Assembly (NCBI GenBank): GCA_037379345.1
Contig: CM074521.1
Span: forward strand, 6,448,001-6,512,000
Source of the DNA: Perna viridis
Taxonomy: Eukaryota
Reading direction: 5' to 3'
DNA: 64,000 nucleotides
The position numbers and the translations under genes were made by a program. The notes below the pieces were generated by a model. The model was not told the origin of the DNA. It saw only the letters and a program-made list of their open reading frames with translations, and searched no databases. Within the stretch, counting starts at the first letter, position 1. Every line of letters begins with the position of its first letter. Shown here one piece after another: positions 48,961 to 61,200 of this stretch.

Positions 48961-51900
48961 ATAAAAATAAAAACAAAACAAAGCAAAACATAACACAATA
49001 AACAAATCAAAGGAACAAGGGTTCAAATGGTCACCACAAATAACGTAATTGAAGTACGACGAATGAACAAGGAAAACAAACATACACACAATAACGAACA
49101 TGACAACATCAAATTAAACACACACATAGAAACAAAATGAATAAACTTGGACGTTACGAAAAAAAGCGGAGAGCATAGACTTAATGCACCGATAGGAAAA
49201 TAGTGTCTTTATATTTATATACCTTGTTATGATATACGAATATCGTTAGCTACTCATCAAATATATCTCATGAACATGTATGTGCATGGTCTTTCCTGTA
49301 CTCATACGGCCTAAAGTTACGGATATTCGATATTGATATAGACGGGCTAAGTTTTGTTTTACATAATAATCAGCGTTTTAAGTACTACTACTTAAGGATA
49401 ATGAAAATGTATTAGAGACAAGAAATTATGTAGAACTTTAAAAAGTCAATTTGTTCTTTTTATGACACAGTTCCGTCCCTTTGATCTTCTTTACTCCTAG
49501 GGTTTAAATAAATTACATTCAAATTAAGTAACCCTCCTTATCTTTTCGTTTTTGTTTGGCTCCTGTTTGGATCGCAGCTACTGACAGTTGATCTTAAATA
49601 TATTTAAAAATCGTAATCTAAGAATGAAAGCCCCTTCAAGAATGATCGCATTGATTTTTTAAATTCTTTATGTAATTACTACTCGCCGTAGGAGAGGGAA
49701 GAAGCCAATGTAGTTTTATTATGTATATTTGATTGATATTCGCATTCCACTTGGCAATTGCGCATTTATTTGTTAAACAATCTGACATGATAAGATAGAA
49801 TTGAAAGACTTGTACATTATGATTAAGAGTAAAAATACAAATCAAACTAAACAAAGAGACAAGCAGTTTTAAAAGAATTAAGTATAATCGATGTGGTATG
49901 CATCGGAGAGTTCCGCGAACGGCTAACACATTGTGTGTGTTCCTGAGTATTTTATCGAACCTGATTAAAAGTTACTAATCGACTTTTCGCTTGGTTAATA
50001 ACAAAAGTGGAAAAAGTACTACAATAAAATGTCACAATGTTTCCGTTAAACTTGAAGGAAAGTAACAACAAATACCGAACTGTTCAAATCTAGGGAGTAG
50101 CTGGAGTGAAAGGGGATAGTAAAAAGAAAAGTCCATATGATAAATGGCAATGTCACGGTAAAATCAGAATTTTGGAAACAACTGCAATGGTCCTGACTTG
50201 GTACAGGTATTTCCAAATGCAAGTTGGGTTCAATTAGGTTCTTCCACTATAATCTGATATAAAATGTTATTTTCTAGACCATGTATTTTAAAGAAATCGG
50301 ATTTTTAGATTACATTATATCTCTTCATTTTTAAGATTTGAACATTATCACGCTTTTAATCTAATATTATCAAAATATTGCGTTCGACAAATGATGATTT
50401 TTTTTTACAATGTGGATTTAAGCACCATATTTTCCAAATCCGACTTTCGCTTATCGATAATCCCTGGGCAAATACTCCGAAAGACCGAATGACTATCATG
50501 TAAAGGATTAAACAGAAGTTCATGCAGCACTACAAAATTAAAATATATACACATAGAAAATGGGCTTAATGAAACAACCGGAGAAGTAGTTGCTGAGCAG
50601 AAGATGCAAACACGAAAACATTATTTGAGACAAACACAAAAAGATCTTGTAGAAGCATGTGTTCTTTCCTGAAGTCTGAAAAAACAATAATAAAAAAAAA
50701 ACAACAAAATTATTAAATTAAAATGTAACTATTTAGGCAAATACAGCTGCAGAGCTTAAAAAAATAACATAATACTCTGCCATATTAACATTGCATAGTT
50801 GAAAACACACAGTCTGATTCAGTTTGCTTTTGTATACTTAAAAGGGAAAAAAACGAATAAACTGATTCGGATACATTTAGATCCAAGGGATATTTGTAAC
50901 ACATACATGTTTTAATCACGATACCCTTAAACCGAGATAAATACATGTATATCCAAATGGAAGACAGACAGGTTCCTTATCATCTACATATTACAATGTA
51001 AAACCTACCCTACCCCTTCTCCCCCCCGAAAAAAAAAGAAAAACAAAGCAAAAACAAAAATACAAAAACAAAAACAAAAACAAAAGATGAACATTAGCAA
51101 AGCAATTATTCTGTGGAAATGAAAACTTGTTGATTATTTGGAGAAGAAAAAAAGTTCTGGTAATAACACTTTGTCGGGAAATATCAAGATTAGACTGCAA
51201 AACGAACGAAAAGAATCATTATTCTGTCTTGAAGTTAATTCTTTTCTTACAACAGTTTTCCGTACTGAAACCTTATTTTGATTTAAAAGCTAATTATTTA
51301 CTGGAACCCCATAACAATGACGTAAATAGCAAATGTAACAAGGAAACGAGTTTTGTATATATTACCATCTATATTAAGGTAAAATACAATGACAAAAATG
51401 AAAATTAAAAATGGAAACAACCAATCGTAGAATTCAATGTGCAATCATCACTTTTCTTTTAATGTTTTGAAACATACTAACGGCTCTTCAGTTGTATTGT
51501 AAATAGATAAGAACAATAATTACAAGGAATTAAAGTATATCAAGGTATCATGGACATCCAAGTATCTATGTTGAATTGTCCGTCCCTGCAAGAATCAGGC
51601 AGTCAGTGAAATATGGTATGAAAAAAAACATCATTTTAATAGTGTAATTTGACTATTTATACTATCAGATTCAAGGAAAACAGACATGGTTTTCCATATC
51701 ATGCTGGACCGTTGAGTAAAAATGTCATTGAAATGCACTGAAAATAAACATTTCAAGAGCAGATAACTCTGTTAAAAACCTAATTTTATTGAAAAATGTC
51801 TGCGCAAAGCCAGTTATTTATTTATCAAATAATGGTCTTTAAAAAAAATCTTTGAGTGATATTACATTGTCAGATCGGTGGGGTTTTGTCAGGCATGTTT

Positions 51901-52230
51901 CTAATACGTCCCATTTTAACTGATTCATACAAACACTTCCACTTTTTTATATAAACGTACACACAACATTGATATTTAAAACGTATTAATGTTTGCATTG
52001 TGAAAATAAACGTGGCATTGGGAGTTATAATGTCTTTTAAATATTATTCTATTGTGATCGACTTTTGTGTCCAAGCAAATCAATGGAACTAGGGTTCAAA
52101 TGGTAATCACAAATAACGTAACTCAAGGACGACGACTGAACAAGGAAAACAGACATACACACAATAACGAACAAGAGAAAAACAAACTAACACACACACA
52201 GAAACAAAATAAATAAACTTGGACGTTACG

Positions 52231-52263
<33 letters not shown>

Positions 52264-54827
52264 GGAGAGCATAGACTTAATGCACCGATAAGAAAAAAGT
52301 GTCTTTATATTTATATACCTTGTTATGATATACGAATATCGTTAGCTACTTATCAAATATATCTCATGAACATGTATGTGCATGGTCTTTCCCGTACTTA
52401 TACGGCCTAAAATTACGAATATTCGATATTGATATAGACGGGCTAAGTTGTTTTACAGAGTGATCAGCTTTTTAAATACAGCTTAAGGATAATGAAAATA
52501 TATTGAAGACAAAAGATTATCTAGAATTTTTACAAGTCAATTTGTTCTTTTTATGACACAGTTCCGTCCCTTTGATCTTCTTTACTCCTAGGTATTAAAT
52601 AAATGACATTCAAATTAAGTAATCCTCCTTATCTTTTCGTTTTTGTTTGGTTCCTGTTTGGATCGCAGCTACTGACAAGTTGAATTTAAATATATTTAAA
52701 ATCGTTATCTAAGATTAAAAGCCCCTTCAAGAATAATCGCATTGATTTTTTAAATTCTTTATGTAATTCCTACTCGCCCCCGGAGAGGGAAGAAGCCAAT
52801 GTAGTTTTATAATGTATATTTGATTGATATTCGTATTGCACTTGGCATCAATTGCGCATCTTTCGTTAGACAATCTGACATGATAAGATAGAATTGAAAG
52901 ACTTGTCAATTATGATTGAAAGCAAGACAAAAAAGCAAATCGAATTTAAACAAAGAAACAAGCCAGTTTTAAAAGAAATAAATATACTCGATGTCGTAAG
53001 CATCGGAGTGTTCCGCTAACGGCCAACACATTGTATGTGTTCATGAGTGTTTTGACGGACATGCTTGGAAGTGAATCCCGACTTTTCGCTTGGTTAAAAA
53101 CAGAAAATTGTAAAAAGTACTATAATAAAATGTCACAATGCTTCGGTTAAACTTAAAGGGAAATAACAACAAATACTTGTCCATGTTTTATATTTTTGAT
53201 AGACCATTTCCCAACTGCCTAAATTAAAGCTGAAAACAAACCACATTGAATAGAGGTGATCAAGTTTCACAAACCTTGTGCAAGAGAGCATTAAAAATGT
53301 TGAAATTCGTTCAGTCTTTTTTTTCTATTTTTAAAGCTATTTATCAAAAATGATTAACAGTTATTGTAAAAAAAAACAAACTTTTAAACTCAAGGAGAAT
53401 CGTGGGAACATTATGTGTTATTCTTATTTAGGGAATCTTATGATGTAGAGAACAATGTTGTAAATGTTTTATGATATATGAATATCTTTTGAATTTAAGC
53501 GACATTTTAAAGTAAATTTTAAAAGTATTAATAGTAAATAACATCTGACGTATTCACAATGAAATATAATAAACATAAACATAATCAACTAAGGAAATTA
53601 TCTATGAATTGTTTATCTGGTTCATGAGATAAAATAATTTCTCCCTTTTTGAGCCGGTGATTAAAATTCACCTCACTTTTTAATCACCGTCCGGTGATTA
53701 TATTTATGATAGAAGTTTTTCGCCATTTTACATTTTTTTTTAAAAATATATCACCAGTTGTCTTTCTTGCACGGCGGTCCAGTAATAAATTATATACTCC
53801 CCGTTAGAAGCGTGAAATGTGGGACAAAATTATTTCTTATACTACAAACTGATATGAGATATGGAGCCACTCATAAGCATTCTTTACTCCTGAATTTAAA
53901 ACGGTACATAGTCAACCCAGAAAAGCAAAAGGTTTGATGACAACTAAAGGAATACAAATTTTGACGGCAAAAATAACATAGAAGTAAATAAGTCACCGAT
54001 ATTATGCTAAATGGCATAACCACGTGTGGGTTTAATGAACTTATTTGCCAAACGCATAACTTAACTTGTCAATGAAGATTACTACCCATGTGTTTATTTG
54101 GGTTACCTAACCTCAGGCCTTTTTGGGCTGAAAGAAAAAAAACCATGACGAAAACTTGAATGAACCGTTTTATAAAGGAAACATGTCCGCCTCAAATTCA
54201 TTTTCTAGTGGTACACAACATTTTTGTCTTTTTGTTCCCTCGTCCGTTTTATGTTCGGATATCAATTGACAGTTTTTTTTCGTTGTTATATTGATTGATA
54301 TATATTTGCGACAGGGTCTTTAACAACTTTTGGTCATAGTCATAAAATCTAAGAATCCTTACCAAATAAGTTTCATTACTGTATATAGGCAATATTAGAA
54401 CTCATATCAAAGTAAAGGTGTGGTATTAAATTTACAGTTATTTTGTTTTAAATCAGATTGCAGACGATCCTTTTTGTTTCCTGAATTTCTACTTATTTTA
54501 TAAAGAATTAAGTTCAAAATTTGTCTTTCGTTGTTAAAAAAAAAACATCTTTACAACATATACATACACATAGATATTACTTGTCTAAACAACAAAGCAG
54601 CTGCAAATGTTTGATTGAGATATTGTTTTTTATAAGAAATTTAAACATAATTGCAAGTTACAAGATAGGATAATCGAAGAAGACCTTCTGACACTTAGTT
54701 TTGCATTATTAATTTTCCTGTTGTAATATATCTTAAAATTAATTATACACTTTATACTTCAGTTATAGCCTTTGAAAAAAGTAGTTATTGAATTGGATAT
54801 TAATGAGTAATGCTTTACTTTATCAAT

Positions 54828-55036
54828 TTAAGGAGGTAATGACCACACCTATTACTAATCACTAGAACGTTTGTATTCACCATTTTACATCAATCTAATG
54901 TAAGCAACAAAGTAACTTGGACTGCTTTCATTCTGTTTCAAAAGAAAGCTTGAAAGGCTTTGGTGAAATTGAATATGATAGAAACATATCACTGATTTCA
55001 AGAATTATATCCATTTCCTTAGGTATACCTCGTTAA
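54828..55036 (+). mobile_element. TTAA-flanked MITE copy
   Basis: TTAAGGAGGTA... interior shared with the 21314 copy ...AGGTATACCTCGTTAA. Confidence 0.7.
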
Positions 55037-58000
55037 ACTTTAGTTTAATATTGTACTCCATAGACTTATTAGGAGGGTAATGTACTGTAATATAAGGTAG
55101 GGGTAACCAGTGAGCTAGGACGAAGTTAAATACATTGGTATAGTAAAAATTTAGAGACCCAATGCTTTCGCAGTTTTACAATAACTAGAATATTTTTTTC
55201 TTCTTGATTAAAGCAAAATTTAGCATACGAGCTATATAATTCGAAATTGAAAAATACATCATTGCCTTGTTTTAATCATCTTAAATTTGTGGGAAAAATA
55301 TTTTGATATTATAAGTTTTTCATAGGGCTCTACGTGAAGCACTAAAGTCTTTTTGTAATTGTCAATATCATTTTCGAATGGTTTTGTGTGGTTTTCTAAT
55401 GAACAGCCTTTTAAGAATCAGGAAGTAGATGAAACATGGTATGATACAATGTAAAATACACCATTTTGATAATGTAATTTGACTATTTGCGCCATTAGAA
55501 TCAAGAAAAAATGACGATATTTCCCATATCTAAAAATGAACGTTTCAACTCTGTCAAAACCCCAGTTTTTTAACATTCCATCGAATGATATTCTAAGCAA
55601 ATCCAGTGATGCACAGATTCAAAAAATGTCTTTTTTTTAAATAGAGCAAGTCTCCTTGAGTGATATTACATGATCAAATCGGTGGGGTTTTGACATGCAT
55701 GTTTTCGATTTTTCCCATTTTGCTTGATTCGTATTAACACAACACTTATACTTAATTGTCATCAACTAATACAAATTAAAAATAAATAAATTGTATAAGT
55801 AAATCAATTTTATGTATAGAAATACAAATGTAAAACAATGTTACAGTAAACATACATATAGGACGTACTTTCATTTTAATCATTTGTAAGACAATCTTAT
55901 ATAGGAAGAATTATACGAATTAAAAAATTTAATGATTTTGTCATCAGGTGAAAAAAAAAACTGTTTTGTAAAAATACATATTGACGTAAGTCAAATGAAT
56001 GTTTAAAGGAAAGATTTATGTGTCCTGTTGTCGTCAGTATAGATGATCAGTAATCGATTTGAATGTTTGTTGATAAACAGATTTTATTATGAAAAAAATA
56101 TTGACAATATAGTTAACAGCCAAAAACCTTCACATATTAAATACTTTTGCATTGACCAGAATGAGAGATGAGTTATTTATGTTACCAACCCTCCCCCTAC
56201 TTTTTAGGTACCAGTCCATATAAAATTCAGACACTGCCGATGGTAAAGTGATTCATGGTTTAGACAAACCTAAACAAATTACCATAATCAAGACTGCATT
56301 CAGACCTGCACTTTTTAGAAAATCATGCATTTATTTACCATTAAAATCAACCAAATAAAACAAAATCAAGAACGATAACTATTGCAAAATGCCAATTTCA
56401 TGTACTATCTACATAATTTTGATCTCAAAATCGTAACAACCAAATAAAAAGCTAAGACTGGTTATGTGATCAGTAACTGTTTCTGAACAAGAAATAAAAC
56501 TGAATTTTGTTGGTTTTTGACATACATGAATCATCTACTGCCTGATTTTATAAAGACGTATAGTTAGTACGTAAGAAAGTTAAAAGATGTGTACACTGGA
56601 ATTAAAGTATACTGTAATCTACAGGCAGGCATTGTGCGTTAACTCTATGTTTTTGCTTTCAATACATAAAACGTACTCTTATTTGCATTATGCGATGCAG
56701 GCTTTTATTATGAAATAGTATCTTCACTAAATTATGACCAGTTTTGTTTGAATGAGCAGATTATGCTCTGATATATAAACATCGTTTAGATACTCATTAG
56801 ATCTATCTTCAATAACTTAACCATGAAAATGCAGGAACACAGACTTCCACAAGTAGGTTCCAAACGAAAGTGCATTTTGAATTTGATAATGATATACTTT
56901 GCAAAAATTATTTAACAGAAAACACATCTTTAAACTACTACTTCTTTAGGATCAAGCAAATCTACTCGCAAAAAGGAAGTTTAGATTTTACCTGTAATTT
57001 TGTTGTTTTATGACACTCTTCCATCGCTTTGATAACACATGTACCTAGGTTTTAAATAAATCACATGTATATTCAGAAATCCTCCTTATCCTTAGCATTG
57101 GCTCCAATTTGAATTTCAAGTACTGACAGTTTCCCTAAGATATATTTGAAATCTTAATCCAAGCTTTAAGGATCTAAATAAAAATTAGTTTGAACTGTTT
57201 TTGATTCTTTTTGTAATTTTAGTCACTCTAGGATAGGGAAGAAGCTTACGTGGTTTTATTGTATAATTTCAATTGATATTTGCATTTCACTTGGCATCAA
57301 TTGAGCATCTTTTCGTTGAACAAACTGACATGATAAAATAAAATTCAAATTTACCAAATCAAACAGTTTGCAGTTTGAATTGTTCTCGTCATATGAAATG
57401 AATCCTGAAAAAAAAAATAAGGTACATTCACTTAAATCAAGTGTTTTGCACTGAATGAATTAAGGTATGAATCGAACGTGATATGAATATCATATAAGCA
57501 TCAACAAATGGATATTACACGAAGCAAGAAATAACCTCAGATATTAGAATCATGATATACAGATGCTTGCATTTTTCATTGCTCTAGGTACCATTCCATG
57601 TAAAATTCAAACACTGTTTATGGTAGAATTGCAAAATGGTTTAGAACACCCCACCGATTAAAAGATGGTTTTTAGGTCTACGAATATTGAATTTTAATAT
57701 CACGATAGTCCTTTTGGTATTAAAGAGTAATCAAGGGAACCATTGTAATAACGGTAATCAAAAGAGTGTAATCCAGGGACAAAGACCACACTAAAATCAT
57801 ACATACAAAGTAACAAAAGTAAATGAGCAACTCGGACTCCACTAAAAACTGGGAGCATGGACCAGGTGCACTTTATATTTGTTTTCATCTCCCACTAAAA
57901 TAAAATAACTCAGAACAATAAATCAAATCTTAAGATATGTATTTGCATACATAATCTTAATAATATTAGTCTCGAAACTGCAACAGCCGAATGACAATCT

Positions 58001-59189
58001 CAGAATGGTTTTGTGGTTAATAACTTTTTTTATGAATTAGAAATAAAAGTGAATTAGGTGAGTATTTGCCCTACATAAATCACCTCCTTTCTATGTGTTT
58101 TATAAAGACTTCTACTAAAATATTGCATGACCAGTGAATGAATTCAGTGGAAGTCTAATTAAGGGAACCAAGACTCTAGCGAAAATCAAAGGAATGTAAT
58201 CCATAATGTGAACCATATCATATATTTCAAACAGTGTGATAAAAATAACAAATAAATCGCATATATATGTAGGAGTGCAGAATGAAATTATGAAATCCAA
58301 ATAAAAACAAAACAAAACAAAACAAAACAAAACGCAAAAAAGCAAAAACACGAAAAAAACAAGCAAACAAAAAACAAACAAACAATAGCAAAAACAAAAA
58401 ATATCAAAAGAACCGTATTGAACATAAAGTGCCAATTTCCAGTCAACAAAAACAGAAAATTGATTGCAATTGGGACAAACAATAGAAATGATTAACACAA
58501 AAATACGAAGCTGTAAAAAGGGCACAAAGGAAATCATGATTAAATATAAATTTTCTTGCAGAATAAATGCCATGCTACATGTACCCATTAGTCAACAAAA
58601 CATATTTGTCAAACAGTCAATCAAGCAGTGCTTACCTTGGATCTTTCCATCAAAATTTTAATCCATAAAGACATGTAAGCAACTTCTGTTATTCTACTAT
58701 ATAAACGGCCTGTTAAATCAATTACGGTATTGTAGCGACAATGGGTAGAACTCGACAGTACTAGAAATATCAATCTTTGTATTGCAGCGAATGTAAGAAT
58801 GTTAAATTCTTAATATACCATTTCCAATTGCGGTTTGCACTTACTTAAAACTGTACACAGCCCAGATATGATCAGGTTCCAAGTATCTTGTAAAAAAAGA
58901 GAGTAATGGAAATGTTTTCTGTTTTGTTTGTTTGTTTTTTTTTGTGTTGTATGTTTAAGTTCACAAGTAGCAAACTTTTCATCAATCGGAAAATCACTAT
59001 GTGAAAACATTTGGTATTGTTCCCATTTTATGAATGTCATGTACATAATAATGTTGTACTGTTTTGAAAGTAGGATATTTCTTTAATGCATTTTCCGCAA
59101 ATTCAAATAATTCATAATTGAATTCATAATTAAGGGAAGATCACATCTGATGTTTATATTTAGATCGGCAAATATGAACAGACGAAATG

Positions 59190-59660
59190 AGTGATTATGG
59201 TTTAACGCACTACGGATGATGCATGCATTTCAGGAGAAGAAAGATTGGAGAATCTTTCTTTCTCCACCCTGCTTTATGTTGAATCATTATTGTGCTAGCT
59301 TACAGAAGCACAAATCTCAAGGTAGGCATGCTAAATTACTCGGACACATAAGTCTGACCAATCCAACAAGTCGTAATTCAATTATTTTTCCGAGTTGCTC
59401 ATTTACTTTGTTACTTTATTATATATTTAATTAACTTTATGATCTTTGTTGTGTTTGTTTTCCATGTCTTGTCGTTGTCCCAGGATTACATTCGTTTGAT
59501 TTCCGCTATAATCTTGGTCCCCTTGATTACTCTTTAAATACCGAATGCTGGACGGAGACGTATCGACTACTAATTTAAATAGGTTGTACTCGCTTGGGGG
59601 TTGAATCCACGTCCTTCCGTATTTTAGGCGGGCATATTACACATTTACAATTGAGGTGGA
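59190..59660 (-). mobile_element. Degenerate tRNA-derived mollusc-type SINE with a nested fragment of the abundant repeat (~59385-59535)
   Basis: Plus-strand GTGCTAGCTTACAGAAGCAC..GGTAGGCATG..ACTCGGACACATA.. and a decayed tRNA-like head (GGGGGTTGAATCCACG..AGGCGGGCA). Confidence 0.55.
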
Positions 59661-59904
59661 TCAAAACGGCAAAAGAATCCTTACTGAAAATTTTCCATGA
59701 ATTGTTTTTGAGAGAAAATAATATCAGAAAGGCTAATCTAGGCAAAACTTATCCTAAAGATATTTTAATACTAAATATATACGTGCATCACTACATAAAA
59801 CAAAATCCAAAAAGAATAATTAAGATGAAAACCAAGTGTTAGCCACACTGTTAGAAGCTTAAAATATGACACATAGCTGCACAAAATACAAGAATCATGT
59901 AACG

Positions 59905-60195
59905 AAGAGTAATCAAGGGAACCAAGGTTATAGTGATAATCAAAGAATGTTATCCAGAGACAAAGACCAGACATGGAAAACAGACATACACAACAGAGAA
60001 CACAAAGTAACTTGAATCATACACACAAAGTAACAAAAGCAAATGAGCAACTCGGACTCCACTTAAAACTGGGAGCATGGACCAGATGCACCGGTAGGGT
60101 AAGCGTCCTCTGCTTTTCTAGAAACAGCCGCCGATTTGCTCGTAAAAAGTCAAGTCCGGGACAGACAAACGAGGAAAGGACAACTATGACATGTT
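59905..60195 (-). repeat. Near full-length copy of the abundant short interspersed repeat
   Basis: AAGAGTAATCAAGGGAACC...GAGCAACTCGGACTCCAC..GGGAGCATGGACCAGATGCACCGGTAGGGTAAGCGTCCTCTGCTTTTCTAGAAAC. Confidence 0.85.
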
Positions 60196-60997
60196 GAATA
60201 AATCAGAGTGTATATAAGCCTAGAGTGATCATATATTTTAGTAGAAAAATACTCAAATATATGTACAACACTAATAATGCCAGGATGAAACACACAGGAA
60301 AATTAGATCATAATAACAAGGATAATTGTATGAGGGGATTGGAGCGAATCCAGAAAATCTACGCCAACTATCTCTATTTTCAATTTTTACAATTTTCGCT
60401 AAAGATAAATTATTAAAGCTGTAAGTACCGAGATTTCGCTACATAGATACACGTCGTAATACAATATATATATATATATGTAATGTCAAGGTGCAGGTCT
60501 AGACACTGAAGCATTACAATATTTTCGGAACTGTTTTTTAGCATACAGTACAGAAGTTGTTTTTTTTTCTTTTTAACTGATGAACAATGTATTTGTATTT
60601 CAAAAATCAATGGAGTACGAAAGTTTTTTGAGTGAAAAAAAACTTGCATGAAAATAATAGAATTTAAGTTTGATATTGCATATTTTAATTTGTTTTTAGT
60701 TCGCGTTTCCTCAATAGCTTAGAAATGTTTAATCTGAGATTGATGGATAATCACCATAAATTACGTCAAAATAATGCTGTTGTTTCTTGAACACGTACTT
60801 CCACTTTCTGAATACTTTATTGTGAAGTTTATCGATGTATTTTAAAACGTTACCTGCAATTCGTCATGTTTTGAAACTTGTCTATAGACGAAATTAATTT
60901 AAACGTGTAGTAGTTTATTAGAAATTCTACATCAAACATGACAAAGACACTTTGGTGTAGGGGAGATTCAAACACAAATTGTGTTAACAGTTAATTT

Positions 60998-61200
60998 GCT
61001 TACCCTACCGGTGAACCTGGTCCATGCTCCCAGTTTTTAATAGAGTCCAAGTTGCTCATTTGCTTTTGTTACTTTGTATGCTTGATTTCAGTTACTTTAT
61101 GTTCTTTGTTGTGTATGTCTGTTTTCCATTTCTGGTCTTTGTCCCTGGATTACATTCTTTTGATTACCGCTATAACATTGGTTCCCTTGATTACCCTTTT
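60998..61200 (+). repeat. Copy of the abundant short interspersed repeat
   Basis: GCTTACCCTACCGGTGAACCTGGTCCATGCTCCCAG...GGTTCCCTTGATTACCCTT. Confidence 0.85.

Larger units (their letters stand above)
48010..53176 (+). repeat. Local tandem segmental duplication (~48010-50080 versus ~50570-53176), with a more diverged partial third copy at ~56990-57345
   Basis: 48995-50075 aligns closely with 52075-53176, and 48640-48830 with 50810-51005. Confidence 0.85.

Noticed and set aside
49636-49929. ORF shared between duplicated blocks (also 52727-52909)
   Set aside because: The reading frame is not preserved among the three copies; the similarity reflects DNA duplication.
57355-57404. Small AG/GT-bounded segment reading FISYDENNSNCKLFDL (PAN-like ending), plus donor-like sites near 58635 and 60853
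   Set aside because: Could not be joined in phase into a coherent gene model; evidence is too weak.
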